Source: a virus
IMG/VR virus record: IMGVR_UViG_3300027782_000032
Span: 1-64,000 of that record
DNA: 64,000 nt
Reading direction: 5' to 3' (one strand)
Under the pieces are notes generated by a model, which ran no database searches, was not told where the DNA came from, and saw nothing but the letters and a program-made list of their open reading frames with translations. Shown here piece after piece: positions 57,692 to 64,000 of this stretch. The number at the start of each line of letters is the position of its first letter. Within the stretch, counting starts at the first letter, position 1. Both the position numbers and the translations under genes were made by a program.

Positions 57692-59610
57692 TATAAAACT
57701 CCGTCATTTTCAATTGGTTTAAGTATTTCACTCTTAGGTTTTTCTACTTTAAATCCTTTTACTGGACCGCTCTTACCAAAGTCTACAGCCTTGGCTAATG
57801 ACGGCACATAGGACGTGCCCTTCTCGTCGCTTACCGCACCACGATGCACGGCATTTAAAGTTGACTTTCTAAGATTGCTTCCAAGCATTCTAGTCATCCA
57901 GTCTGGGTCATGCTGAAGGTTTTCCAAACCCCTAACGAAGTGAGCTTCAAACGGAGCAGGGTCTTTGTGAACAGTAATCTTAGAGACACCAAACTCATTT
58001 AAGTCTTTTATCATAGAAGGCTTGATAGGAGTCCCTATACTGTAGTGCAGCACGGGCTGCTCAAGGTATTTACCAATAGCTTCTCTTGGATTTACTATGG
58101 TATGTCCTTCTCTAGGTTCCCAATCGTGTTCTACCGAGTCATAAGGTACGACGTCGTCTGGAGCGTACTGCTTGTACTCATCGCTCATCTTGACGTGATT
58201 GATAAGGCCTTTCGACATGACTTCTATGTTGCGTCTGTTTCCAGACATGCCTGCGCCTTTCATGGCTCCTTTAAAGGCTTGTACAAACTGACGCCTACCT
58301 TCACCTATTCCTTTGAACCTAGTAAGCATAGCAGGGTTGGCAATACCGTCAGACAATGTGTCCCCAGCCTCTACTACATCGTTAAGCTTCACAGACAAGT
58401 TTACTCCAGGGTTTACGTGGTGCTCAACTCCGTCTATCGCTATGAATGTGCCACCTGTAGGAGCTTCTTTAATTCCAGTAACCTTACCATCACGCTGAGC
58501 ATGAGCTGCCCAGTAAGGAGACTGCTTAGGTGATTGAACAAGCTGGTTTAAGTGTTTAAAGCCTGAGACTGCCCCAGCTGCTCCAGCTACTCCACCTGTG
58601 TGCTTAGAGCTTAGCTGACCTTGAGAAATAGGCTCGGATAGAGCTTGCATAGCGGCAATACCTATGGCGTCGCCTATTGGAGCAAAGCTGCCTCTTTCCC
58701 TTATGCCTAAATCTCTAGAGTATAGCCCTCCGTCAGGAGCTCCAGTTGCTATAGGGCTTCTTACTAAGAGCCTTTTTACGTTGTTAGCCTTTAAGTCTTT
58801 TATAACTCTAGGTGTAAGCACGGTGTTTCTAGCATAGCCCCCAGCTGCCATAGCTAGAAGCGCGCCTTCGTTATCATCATCCTCTATGTCTACAGGAAGT
58901 CCACGGCTTTCAAACCGTTTAGGATCGTCAGCGTCGTCACCTACGACAACCATTCTATGACCTATCTGATTTAGCTGTTTTGAAAAGAATCCAGCGTCCA
59001 TTGTTGCGAACTTAGTATCAGCAACTCCTTTACGGGCACCGAATGCTCCAGCAAAGTACTCAGCAGGATTTAAGCCTTTAGAGTATGAGTTGAACACAGG
59101 AATGGGAATAGCATTATCGTGATGATCGGTGTAGAGTAGATCTCCACCTCTAAGGCTTTTAAGGTTCATCGGCTTACCACGCGACCCTGACTGAATCTGT
59201 CTAGCTAGCTGGTTACCTTCTCGTAGTGAGTCATCAAATATGCCTTTTTCCATACCGCTTTGAGCATTGTTAAGCAGCTCAATCATACTACTATTTTTAG
59301 TGTCTTCATCTATTCTAGAGTTTCTCATTATTCCATCTATAGCTAGCTTTAGCTTAGCCTTAGCGTCTATAGAGTGATTAGACTCCCTTAGGTCTTTTAG
59401 TCCGAATGAAAATCCTCCACTGTTATAAGACACATCTCTACCGATATCAAAAAGCTTCTTTGATATGTCTTTGTACTTCTCTGGATGATTTTGAGCTATG
59501 ATCTGCATAAGCGAAGCAGAAGCTTTTGAATCTAAAGATCTGGTGTAATCTCTTAGCTCTGCAGGAAGGGCGTCGTTAACCATGATCTGACCTATGGTGG
59601 TCTTAAGCAT
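57691..59610 (-). CDS. rpoC: RNA polymerase beta-prime, C-terminal piece (bridge helix, trigger loop, clamp end)
   Basis: KTTIG; GSRGKPMNL; NSYSKGLNPAEYFAGAFGARKGVADTKFATMDAGFFSKQL (bridge helix); GDAIGIAAMQALSEPISQGQLSSKHTGG (trigger loop). Confidence 0.93.
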   Translation of the reverse strand: MLKTTIGQIMVNDALPAELRDYTRSLDSKASASLMQIIAQNHPEKYKDISKKLFDIGRDVSYNSGGFSFGLKDLRESNHSIDAKAKLKLAIDGIMRNSRIDEDTKNSSMIELLNNAQSGMEKGIFDDSLREGNQLARQIQSGSRGKPMNLKSLRGGDLLYTDHHDNAIPIPVFNSYSKGLNPAEYFAGAFGARKGVADTKFATMDAGFFSKQLNQIGHRMVVVGDDADDPKRFESRGLPVDIEDDDNEGALLAMAAGGYARNTVLTPRVIKDLKANNVKRLLVRSPIATGAPDGGLYSRDLGIRERGSFAPIGDAIGIAAMQALSEPISQGQLSSKHTGGVAGAAGAVSGFKHLNQLVQSPKQSPYWAAHAQRDGKVTGIKEAPTGGTFIAIDGVEHHVNPGVNLSVKLNDVVEAGDTLSDGIANPAMLTRFKGIGEGRRQFVQAFKGAMKGAGMSGNRRNIEVMSKGLINHVKMSDEYKQYAPDDVVPYDSVEHDWEPREGHTIVNPREAIGKYLEQPVLHYSIGTPIKPSMIKDLNEFGVSKITVHKDPAPFEAHFVRGLENLQHDPDWMTRMLGSNLRKSTLNAVHRGAVSDEKGTSYVPSLAKAVDFGKSGPVKGFKVEKPKSEILKPIENDGVL

Positions 59611-59612
59611 GA

Positions 59613-59831
59613 TTAAGCTCCTATGTTTATTTTCTTAACAATAGGAGGATTAATTCCATATTGCCTTAATATTTCTGTAAAACCATTATCTGCAGCTGTG
59701 TAGCAGATAATGGTGCTGTTTGGATTCTCTAGAAACAAGGCTATAGGATTACTGTCTTTATCGTAAACAACTATCCTTGTAGCTTTAACAACTGGACTAA
59801 CATCAAACAAGTTGTGGTAATCAAGAAACAT
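59613..59831 (-). CDS. Hypothetical 72-aa protein
   Basis: Tightly packed between co-oriented genes. Confidence 0.55.
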   Translation of the reverse strand: MFLDYHNLFDVSPVVKATRIVVYDKDSNPIALFLENPNSTIICYTAADNGFTEILRQYGINPPIVKKINIGA

Positions 59832-59835
59832 GATA

Positions 59836-60492
59836 CTAGTCTTTCTTAAGTCTTAGTAAATGAAGAATGCCTGCTGCCTTTTCACTTACGCTGAAGTTGT
59901 CAGCCGCTGTCTTCATAGGCTGAGCTCCTTGACTTGGAGCACCGCTTGGACCTTGCTGTTGTCCGTCAGAGCCCTGCTGCCCCTTAGGGTCATCAAGAAT
60001 ATCATGAGGCAAGTTAAGCCCTAAGGATGAGTAAAGATGAGTCATGAGCTTTTGAATGCGGTGCATGTACACCTCAGTCTGAGCTCCGTCATTCTTCTTT
60101 GCAGCTCCCTTACCGCCGCCTTTAGCCTCAGCCATAGCTCGCTGCATTTCGTCTTTTACAACTGACCTGATTTGTTCTGTAGGATCAGGAGGAGCACCGC
60201 CCATAGAAGGGTCCATAGGAGGGGCACCACCAGCAGCGGCTGGGTCCATAGGAGGAGCACCACCAGCCATAGCAGGATCCATTGGAGGGGCACCACCGGC
60301 CATAGCTGGGTCCATAGGAGGAGCACCGCCAGCCATAGCAGGATCCATTGGAGGAGCTCCTTGTGGAGGAGCGCCGCCCATAGAAGGATCCATTGGAGGA
60401 GCGCCTGGAGGAGCCCCTGCTTGTTCTGGAGGCATGAATGCCTGCTTGACTCTAAGCTGTGCCTGCTTCAAAAGATACTTATTGATAGCCAT
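59836..60492 (-). CDS. Pro/Gly/Met-rich repeat protein with K-x-A motifs
   Basis: 218 aa; six APPMDP units with an 11-aa period; LKQAQ, VKQAF, MKTAA. Confidence 0.65.
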   Translation of the reverse strand: MAINKYLLKQAQLRVKQAFMPPEQAGAPPGAPPMDPSMGGAPPQGAPPMDPAMAGGAPPMDPAMAGGAPPMDPAMAGGAPPMDPAAAGGAPPMDPSMGGAPPDPTEQIRSVVKDEMQRAMAEAKGGGKGAAKKNDGAQTEVYMHRIQKLMTHLYSSLGLNLPHDILDDPKGQQGSDGQQQGPSGAPSQGAQPMKTAADNFSVSEKAAGILHLLRLKKD

Positions 60493-60512
60493 GTTGATTA
60501 CCTTATTTATTA

Positions 60513-61061
60513 TTATCGAGGTTCTGCGTCTAACGCTGGCATGTTGACCTGCTTATTTTGCAAGTTATACTTTTCGTATGGGTCTAAGTAGCTGTGGGCT
60601 AGGTTTACTGGAGGAGCAATGTAATCTGAAGCATTATTAACATTACCTGACAAGTACATATCTCGGTCAGCACCTGTACGGCCCATGCCAAGTCTAATTG
60701 CGGCTTCATTAATACCGGCGCCGCCTAAGGCACCGACACCGCCACCAGCAAGAGCACCGCGGCCAAGTCGGCCAAGAATGCCTACGCCTTTCTTTCGTTT
60801 ACCAAAAAGAGCGTTGCCTATGCCGCCAACGCCAGCGCCTACGCCACCACCCAAGATAGCTGCTTGAGCTGTTGGATCAAGCCCTTTGTAATAATCTAAA
60901 GCGTTGTTACCAAGACCTTTTAACCCTGACATTGCGCTGTCACCAAGGCCTTTAAGGCTGTCCATCATGCCTTCGCCAATTGCTTGTTTTACAAGCATGC
61001 CGTTTTTACGACCTAGATAAGCAGCAAGTTTAGTTGATCGTTCGATTCTAGCGAAGTCCAT
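60513..61061 (-). CDS. K-x-A / glycine-zipper protein
   Basis: TKLAA and VKQAI, then GGGVGAGVGGIG and GALAGGGVGALGGAG; no Cys. Confidence 0.55.
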   Translation of the reverse strand: MDFARIERSTKLAAYLGRKNGMLVKQAIGEGMMDSLKGLGDSAMSGLKGLGNNALDYYKGLDPTAQAAILGGGVGAGVGGIGNALFGKRKKGVGILGRLGRGALAGGGVGALGGAGINEAAIRLGMGRTGADRDMYLSGNVNNASDYIAPPVNLAHSYLDPYEKYNLQNKQVNMPALDAEPR

Positions 61062-61141
61062 TTCACAATCTCCATGTGGTATATAGTAAAGCCGTTAGAC
61101 AAGTTTAACCTACGATTAATAGCTATTGCTATAGCAAATAG

Positions 61142-61780
61142 CTATCCTACCAGTAAAGGCGCAGCTCTCCTAAGCAATTCAGGTCTTAGAAGGCCGTAGT
61201 CTTTTAGTACTTTAGATGTAGCCAGTAAGTCTTTGTTATGGTTACCAGCACTGTAAAGACCCAGCGCTCCACCCATAGCTGCAGGAGCCAAAGTAGCTGC
61301 TATAGATGTTGACAGAGGCTGCCCTGTTAACCTACTAGCAAGAAGACCTCCAAGGCCACCTAAGCCTGCGTATCCAGCGGCTCTAAGTGTAGGATTAGCT
61401 CTGTGCTTTGAGAAGTCGTACTTTTCAGAAGGGTCATCTTGAAGACGTCCTAGCATTCCACTTAGAGCAGGTCTGCTTATACCGTAGTTGTCCAAGTCTT
61501 CGTCAGTTGGATTAACCATGTTTCTAGCTTGGTCCATCATTGACATTGCTTCTGGCATTCTGTCAGGACCTGGCCTCATCCTTGTAGCAAGCTGCATGTT
61601 ACGAGCTGACTTCTCGGATGTTAGCTTATCCCAGTTTTTCTTGTCTGGGTAAGCTTCACTGCCTGGCTTGGCTGGAGGTGCTCCCCTTTTCTTTTTTGCT
61701 TGAACGTTAGCCCACAAGCCTGGGTTGCTCTCTGATGCAGCTGATTTAAAAAACAAATTATGCAGTCCTTGCAAGCTCAT
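61142..61780 (-). CDS. K-x-A / glycine-zipper protein with GLWANVQAKKKRG module (start revised to ATG 61780)
   Basis: GGAG RBS before MSLQG; FKSAA, EKSAR; GYAGLGGLGG and AAMGGALG; no Cys. Confidence 0.55.
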   Translation of the reverse strand: MSLQGLHNLFFKSAASESNPGLWANVQAKKKRGAPPAKPGSEAYPDKKNWDKLTSEKSARNMQLATRMRPGPDRMPEAMSMMDQARNMVNPTDEDLDNYGISRPALSGMLGRLQDDPSEKYDFSKHRANPTLRAAGYAGLGGLGGLLASRLTGQPLSTSIAATLAPAAMGGALGLYSAGNHNKDLLATSKVLKDYGLLRPELLRRAAPLLVG

Positions 61781-61805
61781 AGTAGTCTCCAAAGTTTAAT
61801 AACCC

Positions 61806-61897
61806 AGCTGAAAAGACTTCGTCGCTCTGACGCACTTCCGCTTCGAGCGTCGATTAGTCCCAGGAGAGTGCTAAAACAGGCCCTAGCCTTTCCAGCT
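61806..61897 (-). ncRNA. Candidate structured RNA (three-way junction) in intergenic leader
   Basis: 12-bp closing helix AGCUGGAAAGGC/GUCUUUUCAGCU enclosing CUAGGG/UCCUGG and GACGC/GCGUC stems. Confidence 0.35.
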
Positions 61898-61911
61898 AAG
61901 TACATATAATA

Positions 61912-63405
61912 TTACTCTTTACTTCCAATTTGTTTAAGTACATTTAGGAATTTTTCATTAAGTTTCTGCTTACGATTGGCAGCGTTGATCAAGTAGTCAT
62001 CTGTTGCAGGGATAGGGTCTGCACCTATACCTATATGACGCAGCAAAGATCTTAGTCTTCCTGGAGCAGTCCTAGCTATGTAACGTTCTATTGAAACTTT
62101 TCTGTCTTCTGGATCAAGATGGTCATGGCTGTCAAACCTAAGAGCTCGGCCTTCGCTCTGGCTGCTTCTAGCTGTATTCCAGTGAGGGTCAAGCAGTTGA
62201 ACTAGCTTGGTACCTTTAAACGACAAACCTTCTGTTCCTGCTGGACCTAGCAAAGCTACCTTAAGCTTATCGCTGTTGTAGTCGTCAACCAGTCTTTTAC
62301 GCTCTTTATCTGATAGTGCACCTGTAAACGAAGCTGCAGGAATACCTGCTCTGTCTAAAGCGGCTTGGTAAGGCGACAACCCTGCATCGATAAAGTTGGA
62401 GAAGATAAGAGCTTTGCCTTTAGGGTCTTTGTCTAAAAGCCCCTTAAGATTACCAAACGCTGTAGTAAGCTTTGGAGAATCATCGAAAGCTTTTTGAATG
62501 TCTTTGTTTTCTTTCATGAACGGAAGTGTTGAAAGCCCTACCTGCCTAAGCCCTGTCATAAAGCTAGACATTCTGCTTACTTCATCTTTTGTTAGAGGGT
62601 AGTTCCTCTCTAGCTTCCACCTAAGTACAGTAGGAAGCTGACCCATTATATGGCTGTTAAGGTCTGTCTGATCTCGGTTCATTTCTACGACTACGTCTTT
62701 GCGATTAACTTCAGCCTTGGGAGCTAGCGGTGCAAAGTAGTCTACCTTACCTTTTAGCTTGTCTTTAAGTTGCTGCTGATTAATTATCTCTGGCTCTGCT
62801 GGATCTGAGTTTAGAAGTCTGTTGTACCAAGTAGGACTGGCTGTGTCTTTTACATAAGTGTCTTCAAACTCATTCTTACTAACGTCCTCTCCTGTAAGTA
62901 TGTTATACGGCAATGTAAAGTCGCTAGGGTCATTTACCACTGGAGTGCCGGTAAGCATCACAACCTGTTTTGCTTTTCTAGCAGCCTCCATAAGGTTCTT
63001 AGCTTGAGCGGACGCTGGGTTTCTAAATCTGTGAGCTTCGTCTATTAGAATAGAGCCTGGGTTATCTATTGGTTTTCCAAGTGCTAGGCCGGTATGACTC
63101 ATGACGCTGCTAGGTGTTGCAGTGTCTTGGTCTATAAACTTCTCTTGCTCCTTGCGTAAGTTGTTACGTAAGGCAGCAGGAACTACAGCTGTGTAAGGTA
63201 TCTTTGACTCGTCTGCTGAAGCTAATCCGCTTAAAGTCTTACCAGAGCCAAGACTATGGTAAAGCAGCATGCGAGCTTTACCAGTTGTGTCTAGCTGTTT
63301 CTGTACCTTGTCCACTACTCCCTGCTGGTGTGGCTGCAGAGAGATATTAGGATTTAGATCGGCTTGTTTTGTGGAGACGTCTCCACTGTTGTACTCTTGG
63401 GTCAC
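61912..63405 (-). CDS. SF2 SNF2-like helicase/translocase
   Basis: LQPHQ; LYHSLGSGKT (I); LIDEAHRFRN (II); LTGTP (III); AGTEGLSFK...LLDPHWN...QSEGRALRFDSH (V/VI). Confidence 0.92.
   Translation of the reverse strand: MTQEYNSGDVSTKQADLNPNISLQPHQQGVVDKVQKQLDTTGKARMLLYHSLGSGKTLSGLASADESKIPYTAVVPAALRNNLRKEQEKFIDQDTATPSSVMSHTGLALGKPIDNPGSILIDEAHRFRNPASAQAKNLMEAARKAKQVVMLTGTPVVNDPSDFTLPYNILTGEDVSKNEFEDTYVKDTASPTWYNRLLNSDPAEPEIINQQQLKDKLKGKVDYFAPLAPKAEVNRKDVVVEMNRDQTDLNSHIMGQLPTVLRWKLERNYPLTKDEVSRMSSFMTGLRQVGLSTLPFMKENKDIQKAFDDSPKLTTAFGNLKGLLDKDPKGKALIFSNFIDAGLSPYQAALDRAGIPAASFTGALSDKERKRLVDDYNSDKLKVALLGPAGTEGLSFKGTKLVQLLDPHWNTARSSQSEGRALRFDSHDHLDPEDRKVSIERYIARTAPGRLRSLLRHIGIGADPIPATDDYLINAANRKQKLNEKFLNVLKQIGSKE
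63371..63386. repeat. Dispersed palindrome copy 8
   Basis: GTGGAGACGTCTCCAC in helicase codons ~7-12. Confidence 0.95.
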
Positions 63406-63407
63406 GG

Positions 63408-64000
63408 CTACTCCACTATGACAACTTTGTCGTTGGCGTCTATCTCACCGGAACGGTATGCACGCATGGCATCAGCCTTAGTCTTGAAATAACGCTCAGG
63501 CCTCTTTGATGCTTCAGAGGTAGCTGTGTAAAGTCCGCCTTGATATTCATTCATCGGCAACTGGTGAACCTTGAAGTTCTTTACAGCAAATAGATTTCTA
63601 CTAGGAAGCATCTTCTCTATCGCATCCTTTACAGACTCATCAGTGGTTGGAACGTGATAGTTCATAGCGTCGCCATCGAAGTCGGCGCCAAACCCCTTTA
63701 CAATAATAGGAGGGACCTGAAGCGTACTACCCTTGACCAGCTTCGGCTTGAAAGCCATTACACCATATCGGTGAAGAACTGGGGCCCTAGTAATGATTAC
63801 TGGCCTTGCTTCCATCTCAGAAGTCATGGCATCCATAGCCATAGGGTCTTTCTTCTCTATCATTTCAGAGGCTTTAAATCTATCGACTCCTCTTTTTACA
63901 AGTCGTCGCATAATGAACGGCTTATAAACCGACCAAGCTCTGTCTTCAGGAAGACCTACTTGATCCATGTCCAAGTCTGGGTTAGGAGTAATAGCAGCTC
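63408..64000 (-). CDS. rpoC: RNA polymerase beta-prime, catalytic (DFDGD) piece; 5' part outside the window
   Basis: The frame is open to the edge (R AAITPNPDLDMDQVGLPEDRAW); PVIITRAPVLHRYG; GFGADFDGDAMNYHVP. Confidence 0.95.
   Translation of the reverse strand, partial: AAITPNPDLDMDQVGLPEDRAWSVYKPFIMRRLVKRGVDRFKASEMIEKKDPMAMDAMTSEMEARPVIITRAPVLHRYGVMAFKPKLVKGSTLQVPPIIVKGFGADFDGDAMNYHVPTTDESVKDAIEKMLPSRNLFAVKNFKVHQLPMNEYQGGLYTATSEASKRPERYFKTKADAMRAYRSGEIDANDKVVIVE

Noticed and set aside
8190-60867. Short plus-strand ORFs and nested minus-strand ORFs overlapping larger genes (e.g. 17450-18076, 25417-25824, 49175-49639, 56720-57052, 58045-58533)
   Set aside because: They overlap well-supported genes, lack recognisable motifs, and do not fit the tightly packed single-strand organisation.
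61117-61144. Imperfect palindrome TAGCTATTGCTATAGCAAATAGCTA at a gene end
   Set aside because: AT-rich, no clear U-tract, single occurrence; cannot tell terminator from chance.
61865-61873. GAGTGCTAA, a half CIRCE (HrcA) site
   Set aside because: The second arm (TTAGCACTC at 9-nt spacing) is absent.
14863-63385. Palindrome core as a BsmBI/AatII cloning scar
   Set aside because: All coding copies keep the reading frame with natural-looking codons, one copy is degenerate, and flanks vary while often extending the palindrome. An assembly artefact cannot be fully excluded without reads.
1-64000. Stop-codon reassignment (as in some large phages)
   Set aside because: Standard code gives full-length, densely packed genes; reading through the TGA at 19305 meets TAA two codons later.
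57691-64000. Intein or intron explaining the beta-prime break
   Set aside because: No Hint or homing motifs or splice-like ends; the intervening DNA holds five ordinary co-oriented genes.

Overview
A 64-kb segment of a large contractile-tailed (myovirus-type) bacteriophage genome. All credible genes are on the minus strand in the standard genetic code. Reading in the direction of transcription (right to left): a bacterial-type RNA polymerase beta-prime split into two genes and interleaved with an SNF2 helicase and small K-x-A-motif proteins; a head module (prohead protease, scaffold, decoration, major capsid); a glycosyltransferase-methyltransferase fusion; neck; sheath; two tube paralogs; spike; chaperones; tape measure; baseplate with an embedded sigma-70-family gene; an inserted two-protease cassette; a five-gene paralog array; and a collagen-like fibre of more than 2,418 aa that is absent from the ORF track because it runs off the left edge. 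Main observations: (1) both beta-prime pieces, the sigma factor and the helicase contain no cysteine at all, even at the beta-prime zinc ligands, which suggests a virion-packaged and injected holoenzyme; (2) a 14-22 bp palindrome (core TGGAGACGTCTCCA) recurs 8 times about every 4-9 kb, independent of reading frame; (3) a K-x-A putative maturation motif marks head and internal proteins; (4) the fibre has an in-register run of about 447 Gly-X-Y triplets. No tRNA, rRNA, CRISPR array, portal or terminase was seen. All family assignments are by motif recognition only; no database search was run.
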